Assembly (NCBI GenBank): GCA_037305845.1
Contig: CP147778.1
Coordinates: 2,400,001 to 2,464,000 of the forward strand
Length of the DNA stretch: 64,000 bases
Source: Candidatus Freyarchaeum deiterrae
GTDB lineage: Archaea; Asgardarchaeota; Jordiarchaeia; Jordiarchaeales; Jordiarchaeaceae
Direction of reading: 5' to 3'
The notes below the pieces were generated by a model. It searched no databases. It had not been told where the DNA came from and saw nothing but the letters and a program-made list of their open reading frames with translations. Position numbers and translations under genes: made by a program. Positions 30,910 through 40,902 of this stretch are shown here, in pieces (within the stretch, counting starts at the first letter, position 1; each line of letters starts with the position of its first letter).

Positions 30910-31287
30910 GTGATTCAAATTCCTCTTGGACTAATGGTTTTGAAATGGGATGGCGAATTAGGAGCAGTAGTTGAAGCAATGTTCCCGAAAAATCTATCAA
31001 TAACCCCTAATTTCGTGAACCAAATTTTCAGTATGCATTTCTCAGGCGACCTTAGTAATGCTCAAAATTTGATACATTTACAAGCTTCTGACAAAAAAAT
31101 TGTTAGCAAACTAATGAACTTCGGTTCAATAAAAAGAAGTGTAGCACTAATCATGTACAAGAATGAATCAATTCCGAACAATGAGGAAAAACTGGTAGAG
31201 ATCTCGAAAATAGTAAAATCAAATTTGAATTACGGGTTAACGAACTTAGAATCAATATACAAACAGCACTTCTCACGCAATAAATAA
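30910..31287 (+). CDS. uDENN/longin-like small protein
   Basis: LMVLKWDGELGAVVEAMFP resembles the uDENN hhhhxFDxxxGPxhxxxYP start. Confidence 0.5.
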   Translation: MIQIPLGLMVLKWDGELGAVVEAMFPKNLSITPNFVNQIFSMHFSGDLSNAQNLIHLQASDKKIVSKLMNFGSIKRSVALIMYKNESIPNNEEKLVEISKIVKSNLNYGLTNLESIYKQHFSRNK

Positions 31288-31301
31288 AAGAAAATTTTTT
31301 T

Positions 31302-32036
31302 CTAAACAACAAACGCAATTTCTTTATTGAATTTTTGGCCGTCAACCTCTAAGATTCTAGATATGGTTCCCTTCCTCTTAGATTGCATTCGCACTTCTTT
31401 CGGTGGAAGCTTTTCCTTATTCTCTGGAAACACTAGTTCATTTATATGATATATGTTAGTCAAGCTTAAAGATGTAAATGGCAGAGAAATTTTGCCTGCG
31501 AAATCTGGAGCAAGCTCTCTTGTAAGATCCTGCAGAATATCTTCGCCCCCTTCGACGGCTCCGCTGCAAAACTTGGTGGGGTCCTTCGCCTCACCCGCCA
31601 TAGGCTTTGGAAAATTGGCTTTCATCACCAGTTTCCAAGAACCGGAGCTGGGCTTTATGCTAAGGAGAAGTGTAGATTTATCCCCAATACTTGCATATAA
31701 ATCTCTCAACTCCTCAGAGGTAACCGTAGTGTTCACAGCCGCTTTATAGACCGCTGTTGATTTTTTCATTTTTGTTCCAAGCATATCCAATTCACTGGAA
31801 AAGTCTTGGCTTGAAAAGATGTTACCTTTCACGCTGCAATCTGCACTAGGAGCCCTTTTAATTACGAATTCCAAAACAAAATCCTGATAATCGAAACTCG
31901 CCTTGAAATTAACAACCTTCTTTTTCACATTAACTAATATTTTTGGGCCATCAAATACTCCGGTTGAAAACTTTACAAATCTTCTGTGAATCTCATCATC
32001 TACTTGATTGTTAATAATCATTGTTAAAAAATGCAT
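31302..32036 (-). CDS. Conserved archaeal hypothetical protein
   Basis: 244-aa ORF with SD (GGAGG); IHRRFVKFSTGVF and KRKG.I.R motifs. Confidence 0.65.
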   Translation of the reverse strand: MHFLTMIINNQVDDEIHRRFVKFSTGVFDGPKILVNVKKKVVNFKASFDYQDFVLEFVIKRAPSADCSVKGNIFSSQDFSSELDMLGTKMKKSTAVYKAAVNTTVTSEELRDLYASIGDKSTLLLSIKPSSGSWKLVMKANFPKPMAGEAKDPTKFCSGAVEGGEDILQDLTRELAPDFAGKISLPFTSLSLTNIYHINELVFPENKEKLPPKEVRMQSKRKGTISRILEVDGQKFNKEIAFVV

Positions 32037-32288
32037 TCCAAGTCCTCCGATTTACTTTCTCCAAAAGATATTATTTTACTTATTATGGAAAGCAAACACC
32101 ATTACCTCAATTTTATATTAATCTAGCTTATAAAAAAATATCTATCTAATTTTTGTATTGTAAATATTAGAAAATTATTAAATTGAATTATTAACTCTTT
32201 TTTAAACTATTGTTTTGGAAAATTCTTATATATTGATGGATGTATACAACCACATAATTTCTTAAAAAACGTTTAGGAGGAGAAAAGA

Positions 32289-33116
32289 ATAGCACCACGT
32301 AAAGTTCACTTAACAGCAGGATTTATAATTTGGGCTGCATTCTCAATAATATTCTACTACTGGTTCCTACACACCAACACTTACATCCCGGCAAAGCTTT
32401 TGGGCTTGACAAGTCTTCCCGCGTTGACCCCTATTGCTGTAGGGCGCTCGATAACCTCTGGAGACATAATATACATAGTAGTATCATTAATAATGGTGTT
32501 GACGGGTTCTGAGATGGCCGACTACGATAAAATGATTACTCTACTGCAACACAGAGACTGGCTCACCCACTCTGTGATAATACCCGGGATTTTTTCAGCA
32601 ATTGTATTGATATTTAATATTGTTCAGGTAGGTGCCAGTCTAGAATCAATGATATTTTGGCCCGCAACTGATACTACTCTTACACTCGCGATGTCTGTAT
32701 TCGCACTAGGAGCTGCTTCGCATCTACTCTTAGATTATTTCCCACCAATCAAAATCGAGGAACTTCATAGCAAAAAGGGATCCATAGTAGCTGGGCATGA
32801 GGGGTCTGATTACTTTATTTCCGGGATGACCGCGCAAGAACTTTTTAGAAGGCTCGAAGGAACCGCCCTAGTTCATTTCTGGTGGAACATAAAAGTAGCA
32901 AAAGAAGATACTGCGAACCCCTCTAAAGGTAAGAGAGAACGTAAGGATAAGAAAGACTACGAGCTGAGAAGAACCCTCGAACCAAGACAATCACAAGCCT
33001 ACTACCTGGCAAACGGCGCGGCTCTAATCGTAATAGCACTATTATTAATTTGGCAGTTCCTGCTTATAGAAGCCAGTACAACATTGCTAGAAATTGCGAT
33101 TATCTCGATTCTCTAA
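32289..33116 (+). CDS. Membrane-bound metal-dependent hydrolase (YdjM-like), probable AUA start
   Basis: N-terminal ..RKVHLTAG, ADYD, HRDWLTHS, ASHLLLD; the frame is open back to ATA 32289 after AGGAGG, with an in-frame TAG at 32274. Confidence 0.7.
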   Translation: MAPRKVHLTAGFIIWAAFSIIFYYWFLHTNTYIPAKLLGLTSLPALTPIAVGRSITSGDIIYIVVSLIMVLTGSEMADYDKMITLLQHRDWLTHSVIIPGIFSAIVLIFNIVQVGASLESMIFWPATDTTLTLAMSVFALGAASHLLLDYFPPIKIEELHSKKGSIVAGHEGSDYFISGMTAQELFRRLEGTALVHFWWNIKVAKEDTANPSKGKRERKDKKDYELRRTLEPRQSQAYYLANGAALIVIALLLIWQFLLIEASTTLLEIAIISIL

Positions 33117-33266
33117 GGGGAGTTGACTAGATTAGTTAATCCTCTTTTTTCTTTTTTTAAACTCAAAAAATAATCCTCGAAACAAATAAAAATAGAATGC
33201 TTTGAGGATTTTGAAACTATAAAAACAAATTTCAGATTTTTTTAAAAAAAAGGGAGAAGATGGCTT

Positions 33267-34214
33267 TTAAACCTGTGCTCCGCAACTTGGGCAGAAGCGA
33301 CTTCCTGGTGGAACCTGAGTTTTGCACTTTGGACAGGTTTTTCCGCCTCCCAGTTGGGCGCCACAATTGTTACAGAAACGTGCATTAGCGGCTATTTGCG
33401 CTCCACACTTCGGACACGTTGTCAAAGCGACTTGAGGACCTTGCGGTTGTTGAAGCAACTGTGGCATTATTACCATTCCGACGCCTGCTCCAGCGGAGCC
33501 TCCTCCTTTTCCCAGAGATTCCGCAGCGCTTTTGGTGGTTTCTAGGGTGGCTAGGCGGTCACCTTGAACTTGGCCTGTTTGCATCCAGAATAGTCTATCT
33601 CTGTATTCTGGAGTTGTGTCCATTCCCTCGAATTTGAGATCCACGAGGTCTAAGCCGATTCTTCCGAACTGCTCTTTGATTGTGGTTTTCACTTTCATAC
33701 TGCTCTCATTGAGTTGTGTGAAAGCGTCTCTCAGGGTAAAGCCCGACACATTTTCGATGAGTTTTTCTAAGATGAAGCCTCTGATAAATTCGCTGACAGC
33801 ATCGGTTGTGAACGCCTTAGCGTTTCCTACAACCTCAACCACAAATAGTTTGGGCTCCTCTACTTTGAAATAATACGCACCGTGGAACATTAGCGGTGCA
33901 AGTTCTTGGGTTTGGCCTCTGCCACCAAATTTTCCCTGAAACTGCGAAGTGGAAATGAATATAACATCAGATGTAAACACGTTTTTGTTAAATCCTGTCA
34001 ATTTTTCATATGCTTTGGTTAAGAGGGGTAGTTTCATAGTGGCCAGCACATGTCTTCCTGGGCCAAAAACATCGTAAGCTTTTCCGTCTCTGAAGAACAC
34101 TGCCTGCTGGTTTTCAGCAACAATTAGTGCTGCTCCCCAAGTTAGGTTGTTGTCTGGAAATCGCCAAACAATATCTTGTTTTCCAGCTCCACGCCATTCT
34201 ATTACTTGTGGCAC
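33267..34214 (-). CDS. SPFH/band-7-like (YdjI-like) protein with double zinc ribbon
   Basis: IVWRFP, LIVAENQQAVFFRDGK..DVFGPGRH; C-terminal CPKCG..FCNNCG..CPKC..FCPSCG. Confidence 0.88.
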   Translation of the reverse strand: MPQVIEWRGAGKQDIVWRFPDNNLTWGAALIVAENQQAVFFRDGKAYDVFGPGRHVLATMKLPLLTKAYEKLTGFNKNVFTSDVIFISTSQFQGKFGGRGQTQELAPLMFHGAYYFKVEEPKLFVVEVVGNAKAFTTDAVSEFIRGFILEKLIENVSGFTLRDAFTQLNESSMKVKTTIKEQFGRIGLDLVDLKFEGMDTTPEYRDRLFWMQTGQVQGDRLATLETTKSAAESLGKGGGSAGAGVGMVIMPQLLQQPQGPQVALTTCPKCGAQIAANARFCNNCGAQLGGGKTCPKCKTQVPPGSRFCPSCGAQV

Positions 34215-34235
34215 AAATATTCACCTCTACTATTT

Positions 34236-34827
34236 TTATTCGAATTTGAGCATATAGCTTCTTCTATCTCCAAACTTTTTGTCAATATCGTCAAGTGTTC
34301 GTCTCAATGAAAAGATCTGCTGGTAAGCATTATCAAATTTACTCGATTCGAGTTCATCTTTAAGAGACTTTATTTCGCCTTGAAAAGTTTGGATATCATC
34401 TAAAATCGATGAATCGAATTCATACATTCTGTCAAGTTCTGGTTCACGAATTTTTACTGAGTCAAAAAAACCACCATAACCATAGTCAGCGTGGTTTATT
34501 CTCTCAGCGACCCTGTCTACGAGCGCCATCAATCTATCCATCTGCTCCCAAGTATTATTGACTTTATAATCCACAAGCATCTCCTGTACAAGATTAAGGT
34601 CACTTTTAGAATCACTGAACTGCTTGAACATGTAGTTCCGTAAAGCTTTATCCGCCTCTCTACGTATTTCCTTTGCCTTGTATCCATGTTGGCCGAGCAG
34701 AAGTAACTCTTACTGCTCAGTAACCAGGGATTACAAAGGCAACTTTCTCCAATAGGCTTCTGTTGGACTGTTCTCTTACTTCGCCTTTAATCTTCTCTGC
34801 TGTTGTTTTCTCTTTCTTACTAAACAT
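34236..34827 (-). CDS. Conserved helical hypothetical protein, two exons (34827-34720 and 34688-34236), 186 aa after splicing
   Basis: Spliced product MFSKKEK..LLEKVAFVIPGY/HGYKAKEIRREADKALRNY..ADYGYGGFFD.VKI.E.ELDRMYEFD; exon lengths 108 and 453 nt are both multiples of 3. Confidence 0.8.
34689..34719 (-). other. Predicted 31-nt BHB-type mRNA intron
   Basis: Helix GGUU/GGCC, bulges ACU and AAC, intron stem GAGCAG/CUGCUC, exon stem AUCC-U/A-GGAU. Confidence 0.75.
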
Positions 34828-34943
34828 TTTAACAACCCCATAATCGTTGCCGTACACATAAACTTCATACATCATGCTCTTAAAAAGATTTCATTACGAG
34901 CAAGAATAATAGAAATGCTCTTAAAAGATTTACTATGGATTAG

Positions 34944-36344
34944 CAAGAAAGCCCTAGTCCCTTTAGGGTGGGGGATGAATTGCGGGAGTTTAAATACCGA
35001 AAAAGGAGGAAAAAGGGGGAGTGAAAAGGGTATGCGGATAAACTGGGGTTTGAAGCCTACCCGCATCGGACTCGTTATGAATGAGGGAGAGTTGCGCATT
35101 TGAGAAGGACTAACACCTTCCGGCTGGTTCCAGCAAAGGAGCAGAAGCAGAGACTTTTCAGTTTAGCCGACAACTGCTCCAAAATGTACAACGAGATAAA
35201 CCATAAACGCAGACAATCATTCTTCTCAGGCAGATTCGACTGGAACACCGACGAACAATACCACAAATACAAGGGGTTAGTCGGCTCCGCCACCGCCCAG
35301 CAAATCACACAAAAGAACAACGAAGCCTGGAAATCATACTGGGCACTCCTAAAGAAGTGGAAAAAGGGAAAGGTGGAGAAGAAACCCAAACCTCCGAGAT
35401 ACTGGAAGGATCGCGAGACTGGAAAAAGACCCCTTAGAATCCTGGTAAGGTGCGACAGCTACCATCTGGAAGAAAAAGCCCTCAAACTCCCTTTCGGACT
35501 AAAAACGCAGTGGAGGGGCAGAAACAGGTGGAAAGGCGGTAAACAGGGCAGACTCGAAATAACCTATGACGAACTCTCGGAGAAATGGTACGCCTACATG
35601 CCAGTAGAGATCAAACCTCCTCTACACCAGCAACAGCAGCAGCTGAAAGGAAAAGAAAAGGAGGCGTACGTGGATCTGGGAGTGAAAGTCCCCATAATGG
35701 CGAGTATAGATTGGGAAGTCTTCGGCTACCGGGCGAATCCCATGCTCTCGGACTGGTGGTACTGGACACACAGAATAGCGGAACACCAGTCAATCCTGAA
35801 AGATGTAAACAATCGGTCAACCTCAAAGCTGTTAAAATCCTACCATAGGATGAGGCAGAGAAGATTCAGGAACAGTGTCAACGTGATGGTGAGGGACTTC
35901 GTTGAAAAGTGCTGGAACAGGGGAGTCTCGGAGATAGTCTGCGGAGATTTGAGAGACATAAGAAGCAGCGCCAACTTCTCAAGGAGAAGCAACTCCATGA
36001 TTCACAACTTCTGGTCGGTAGGATACATAGTAAGGAGGATAGAAGAAGTAGCAGAGGAGTACGGGATAAAAATAACTAGAGTTGATGAGAAAGGAACATC
36101 ATCAGAATGTCCGAGGTGCGGCTCAAAAAGAATCGTTAGAAGCAAAAGAATGTTCAGGTGCCGGGACTGCGGACTGGAAGCACACCGAGACGCCGTAGGC
36201 TGCGTAAACATAGGGCTTGCTCACCAACAAAAAGAAAAAGAAAAGGATGCGGAAGCCGTTAACAGGGCGGTGACACGCCCCACACTTCTAACAATAACTG
36301 CAGAAGTGTATAACTCCCTACCTTTCAAGGAGGGGAGTATGTCA
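34944..36344 (+). mobile_element. IS200/IS605-family (IS1341-like, tnpB-only) element
   Basis: Left-end hairpin region AAAGCCCTAGTCCCTTTAGGGTGGGG; right end CTCCCTACCTTTCAAGGAGGGGAGTATGTCA; no tnpA; ends approximate to a few nt. Confidence 0.8.
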
Positions 36345-36356
36345 GTAATCAGGTAA
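35100..36356 (+). CDS. tnpB: RNA-guided endonuclease TnpB
   Basis: RTNTFRLVP, YVDLG (RuvC-I), IVCGDL, VDEKGTSSECPRCG..FRC.DCG..AHRDAVGCVNI (zinc finger, RuvC-III). Confidence 0.92.
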   Translation: MRRTNTFRLVPAKEQKQRLFSLADNCSKMYNEINHKRRQSFFSGRFDWNTDEQYHKYKGLVGSATAQQITQKNNEAWKSYWALLKKWKKGKVEKKPKPPRYWKDRETGKRPLRILVRCDSYHLEEKALKLPFGLKTQWRGRNRWKGGKQGRLEITYDELSEKWYAYMPVEIKPPLHQQQQQLKGKEKEAYVDLGVKVPIMASIDWEVFGYRANPMLSDWWYWTHRIAEHQSILKDVNNRSTSKLLKSYHRMRQRRFRNSVNVMVRDFVEKCWNRGVSEIVCGDLRDIRSSANFSRRSNSMIHNFWSVGYIVRRIEEVAEEYGIKITRVDEKGTSSECPRCGSKRIVRSKRMFRCRDCGLEAHRDAVGCVNIGLAHQQKEKEKDAEAVNRAVTRPTLLTITAEVYNSLPFKEGSMSVIR

Positions 36357-36611
36357 ACCCCACACTTAAATCTTCAAAATTAACATGAATTAACAGAAAT
36401 TTCCTATTGTACAAAAAAAACAAAATTAGGGAGATTAACTTTTTTTATAACTTCCCTATAAATTATAAATATTGTAATTAGAACAGGAAAAGTATTCCTT
36501 TGTGTAGGGAAATATTCAATAGTTTATACCCTATCTGTTAAAAAGGTAATTAAAAAGTTACAAGGGAGAACAAAGCACATGTTTTAATTCTGTGGCTTGG
36601 AGGTTATTTGA

Positions 36612-37748
36612 ATGATGGAGCAAATGGAACGAAAGGGGAAGAAATTAAAACCTCCCCCTAAGGGCAGATTAATAGTTTCCAATATGTCTGGTGTTGAACT
36701 ACTAATTGCGTTTGAAGTTTTATCCAAAATGCGAGACCAAGGTAAGATCACTGATACGTTAATATTTGTTTCCCATAGTAAAGAATCATTAAGTTTGGGA
36801 AAATACGAAGACCTAGATGATATTCATTATAAGGCGGTGAAAAGAGACGGGGTGCTGGTAGGGCGAAGGGAGAGTGGGGCTGGCACTTACTATGCACCTA
36901 AAGGCCAAATCGCGGCTGTCCTAGTGACAACCACGGATGTGTTTCCAAACTTGGACGAAGCTGAGAGGATTTGGGCTGAAGAAATCATTCTTGAACTCTT
37001 CATAAGGGTGGGTGTTCTGGATGCTTATTACGATCATCCGGGTGATATTAAAAAGGAAGAAAAGAAGTTGGGTGGGAGCACCTCAATGATTTCGGGAAGA
37101 GGAATTACGGTGGGAGCGTTCATTAACCGGCTTACACCCAACGTCAAGTTTTTCACAGAATATCTCGTATATCCTGAGGAAAAGCTCAAGGACGAAATAC
37201 TGCGCGACGTAACCATGTACGCGGGCAGTATGGAAGAAGATGCACCCCAAACGCCAAGCGAGGATGAATTAAAGAAACTCCTACTAGGTATTGTGAACCA
37301 AAAATTGGGCATGGATTTTGAACCCGGGGATTTCACTAAAGAAGAAAAAGAAATGATAGCTAAAGACTTCAAAAAACTTACCTCGGAAGACTCGGTAACC
37401 AGCATCTCTAAGAGCAGATGGTATGCCAAGCTACCACATGACTGGAACGCGGCGACTTTCAGTTACAAAGCAGAAAGAATAGTAACTGCAAGCGTAGCAA
37501 TCGACAAAAGTAAAAAAATCAAAGATGTTCTTATAACAGGTGACTTTTTACTCTCACCCCCAAACGATTTAGAAAAAGTAACAAACGCACTGAAAGAAAT
37601 ATCAGCAGAAAACAAAAAAGCCATAACCAACTCAATAGTTGAAGCTTTTCAAAATAACAGCACAGACTATTCAGGCTTTACTATCGAGGAATTCGTTAAA
37701 ACGGTAACAGAAGCGGCAAACCTCGCCTTAGAACAATCATCAAAATAA
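36612..37748 (+). CDS. Lipoate-protein ligase A-like protein (divergent paralog)
   Basis: RRESGAGTYY, DI....KKLGG, C-terminal I.DVLITGDF domain. Confidence 0.8.
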   Translation: MMEQMERKGKKLKPPPKGRLIVSNMSGVELLIAFEVLSKMRDQGKITDTLIFVSHSKESLSLGKYEDLDDIHYKAVKRDGVLVGRRESGAGTYYAPKGQIAAVLVTTTDVFPNLDEAERIWAEEIILELFIRVGVLDAYYDHPGDIKKEEKKLGGSTSMISGRGITVGAFINRLTPNVKFFTEYLVYPEEKLKDEILRDVTMYAGSMEEDAPQTPSEDELKKLLLGIVNQKLGMDFEPGDFTKEEKEMIAKDFKKLTSEDSVTSISKSRWYAKLPHDWNAATFSYKAERIVTASVAIDKSKKIKDVLITGDFLLSPPNDLEKVTNALKEISAENKKAITNSIVEAFQNNSTDYSGFTIEEFVKTVTEAANLALEQSSK

Positions 37749-38049
37749 CAACACAAAATCAATTTCAATTTTACGGAAGGGACCCATCAACCCATACGCA
37801 GAAGGGCTCTTCAAATTAAGTTTTCATAACCCAAAGAAAAATGTTGAAAGACTAACATTACAAAGCTTGGTTTAAATATTAACATAAAAAACAACTCTCA
37901 AAAAAAAACAGATTTTTAGGTAATTAAAAAAAGAGGGGAAATTTTTGTATGATTTATTGGTTTTTTGAAGTACAGGTAGTTTTGGAATCGCCTCAGTAAT
38001 AGGCAACTTTTTCAAGACATTAGCAGTCAGGTCATTATGTCAAGCGGCT

Positions 38050-38322
38050 TTATCTGTTCATAATTAGATTAAATAAAACTAGTATTGCTCCGATAGCTAC
38101 GAGAAGTATTGCAACCATTATCAATGCGCTTCCAGTAACTGCAGTATACAGCATAAAGAATCCTATAGTTTCGCTAAAGACAAGCCAAATGAGAAAAGCG
38201 TTATTAGCAGCACCTGTTAATCCAGTCCAAGCAAAGAAAATTACTATAACCGCTATTATGAGAACAATAAAGGCAATCCATGAAAGCATAGTAGAAGTAC
38301 TCATACCTTTACGTTTAGGCAC
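38050..38322 (-). CDS. Small three-TM membrane protein
   Basis: Hydrophobic 90-aa ORF, GTG start after AGGAGG. Confidence 0.6.
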   Translation of the reverse strand: MPKRKGMSTSTMLSWIAFIVLIIAVIVIFFAWTGLTGAANNAFLIWLVFSETIGFFMLYTAVTGSALIMVAILLVAIGAILVLFNLIMNR

Positions 38323-38632
38323 GCCATTCTCCTCCTAATCTCCTGTTTATGAATGTTTTATTATAAGAAACTTATATTAAAATTTTACTTTGGGTTTGTA
38401 GTACATTAAGAAAGCTGTGGAAATTCATAAAAGGGGTTTTTTGAGCTTATCCCGTTCCATTCCTTTACTGGAGTCTTTTCAGCTATTAAAAATCGCTCGC
38501 AAAATACAAGTTTATAAGACTAACATTTCTGAGAATGAAAACATACAACTATTCACAAAAACCATTAGCGAAATTTAAATGCCTATACACTATTATAATT
38601 TCAATTAAACTGAAGATTAAAGGTGAACTCTG

Positions 38633-39265
38633 ATGGAGATTATGAATCAAATAGCAATGATTCCCGGGCAATCCTGGGCTTCAAACGTTTACGTGGTGGG
38701 CAAAGAAGATTTAGCACTAATTGATTCGGGTTTAAATGGTGATTTTGAAAGCTACATTATTCCACAAATTAAATCCCTGGGTCTTCAACCAAACAGAATT
38801 AATAAACTCGTAATCACCCATTTCCACCCTGACCACATAGGCGGCGCCCCCGAAGTCGTCAACTTCTGCGCACCCCAGATAATGGTTCACGAAATAGAAG
38901 CCCAATACATTGAGGAAAGAATGGGCCTTGAAGTTCAGGTTAAGCTTAAAGATGGAGATGTGATACAACTGGGAAACATGAATTTTCAAGTCATACATAC
39001 CCCTGGGCATTCCCCGGGAGCAATATGCTTGTACAATTCTGAAAACAAGGTGCTTTTCTCGGGAGACACCGTCTTTTCTTATGGAATAGGACGCACAGAT
39101 ATATCAGGCGGCGATACCAGTACCCTTAAAAAATCCATAAAAAAATTAACGGAATTAGATGTACAGATACTCTTACCGGGTCACGATGTTCCAGTTCTTG
39201 GAAACGCAAACGAAAACATAAAGATAGACTACTCATTTATTGAATCCATGATAGATGAGGAGTAA
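38633..39265 (+). CDS. Metallo-beta-lactamase fold hydrolase (glyoxalase II-like)
   Basis: THFHPDHIGG, HTPGHS, SGD, PGH. Confidence 0.9.
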   Translation: MEIMNQIAMIPGQSWASNVYVVGKEDLALIDSGLNGDFESYIIPQIKSLGLQPNRINKLVITHFHPDHIGGAPEVVNFCAPQIMVHEIEAQYIEERMGLEVQVKLKDGDVIQLGNMNFQVIHTPGHSPGAICLYNSENKVLFSGDTVFSYGIGRTDISGGDTSTLKKSIKKLTELDVQILLPGHDVPVLGNANENIKIDYSFIESMIDEE

Positions 39266-39489
39266 TAAGAGTATACTCTTTACTTCTAAGCTGAGCACCA
39301 AACAACTCATTCTACTTTACAAAATAGAGTAAACTTTTAATGGAACATAATTAGCTTATTTAAAAGCATCATCCGTTAAATTAAAATGCAAGCCAGCATA
39401 ATAACTTATCTTACAAAGTATTAAAGTGCAAATTCGAATTCGGAGTACATAAGCCTCAATGTTAACATTGAAAATAAGGTGCACTAATT

Positions 39490-40707
39490 ATGAAAAGACC
39501 ATTTGAAGAAATGTTTTCAAAAACGGCAAATAGGATTCAAGCCTCCATCATCCGTGAGCTTCTTAAATTGACCCAGAAACCAGAGATCATATCCTTCGCT
39601 GGAGGATTGCCCAATCCAGACGCTTTCCCCGTGGAGCAGATACAAGAAATCTGTCCCGATGTGATTAACAACTCAAACGCTCTCCAGTATGGAACCACTG
39701 AGGGCGTGGTGGAATTAAGGGAAGCGCTCCAAAAAAGAATGGCTACAAAAAACGTGAAATGCGAATTAGAAAATATCCAAATCACCTCCGGATCTCAACA
39801 GTCCCTGGACATCCTTGGGAGAATACTACTCGATCCAAATGATATAGTACTCACGACCTGCCCCACGTATCTGGGTGCAGTTCAGGCCTTCGGGTTCCAG
39901 GAGCCGAGATACGAACTCGTAGAGATGGACGAACACTCAGTAGTTGTAGAGGATTTAGAAGCACGCCTTGAAGATATACAAAAGAGAGGGGAAATTGAAA
40001 GACTAAAATTCTTCTACCTTACACCCACCTTCCATAATCCAGCAGGTGTAACCATACCCGAAAAACGTCGAAGAGAGATAATAGAGCTCTGCAACACTTA
40101 CGATGTGCTAGTTATAGAGGATGACCCTTACAGTGAGCTGAGATACCGGGGAAAAGATGAACCGCTGCTAAAATCATTAGACACCGAGGATCGCGTGGTC
40201 TACGTTAGCACCTTTTCCAAAATTCTTGTGCCCGGCTTCAGAACTGCTTGGATGGTCGGCCCAGTCGAACTAATTAAAAAAGTCGTGATGGCAAAACAAG
40301 CGGTAGACCTTTGCACAACCCCCTTCACTCAATACATTGCTGCAGAATATTTGAGCAGAGGATACGTGAACCAACACATTAAAAAAATCAAGGAAGTCTA
40401 CGGAAGAAAAATGCAGATAATGCTCAAATCTATGCAAGAATACTTCCCAGACGGAGCTCAGTACGCCGAACCAGACGGTGGAATGTTCGTCTGGGTGAGA
40501 TTACCCGAAGACATAAACACAATAGACCTGTTCCCCAAAGCAATTGAACAGAACGTCGCATACGTGGTAGGAACAGCATTTTACCCCAATGGAGGAGGAC
40601 TCAATACGATGCGACTGAACTTCACACATCCCTCGGATGAAAATGTCGAAGAAGGCATAAAAAGGCTGGGAAACGTCCTCCAAGAGGAGCTCGCAAAAAA
40701 CGCTTAA
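39490..40707 (+). CDS. PLP-dependent aminotransferase class I/II (LysN-like)
   Basis: SFAGGLP, GSQQSLD, FHNPAG, EDDPY, STFSKILVPGFR. Confidence 0.92.
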   Translation: MKRPFEEMFSKTANRIQASIIRELLKLTQKPEIISFAGGLPNPDAFPVEQIQEICPDVINNSNALQYGTTEGVVELREALQKRMATKNVKCELENIQITSGSQQSLDILGRILLDPNDIVLTTCPTYLGAVQAFGFQEPRYELVEMDEHSVVVEDLEARLEDIQKRGEIERLKFFYLTPTFHNPAGVTIPEKRRREIIELCNTYDVLVIEDDPYSELRYRGKDEPLLKSLDTEDRVVYVSTFSKILVPGFRTAWMVGPVELIKKVVMAKQAVDLCTTPFTQYIAAEYLSRGYVNQHIKKIKEVYGRKMQIMLKSMQEYFPDGAQYAEPDGGMFVWVRLPEDINTIDLFPKAIEQNVAYVVGTAFYPNGGGLNTMRLNFTHPSDENVEEGIKRLGNVLQEELAKNA

Positions 40708-40902
40708 TCCTACCTTCAACTCCTGATTCAAACATCTGATACTTCAAAAATAATAAAAAAAATGAAGGGTCGGACGCCCCTTATTTTTATCCTTTATTCT
40801 AATTCACAGCCCTTACAGTTCCTAGAAATATGTTGAGGGTTCCCAACTTCCAAGAATGGTTTTTGGGTAAACTATTTATCTGCTAAGGAGGAAACTTAAG
40901 AT

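Noticed and set aside
34717-34719. UGA after IPGY as selenocysteine
   Set aside because: Read-through does not reach the downstream ORF (31-nt offset, wrong frame) and no SECIS follows; the intron model explains it
37985-38048. Possible box C/D guide RNA on the minus strand (ATAATGA...CTGA with a short terminal stem)
   Set aside because: C box imperfect, no clear C'/D' boxes, and no target recognisable by eye
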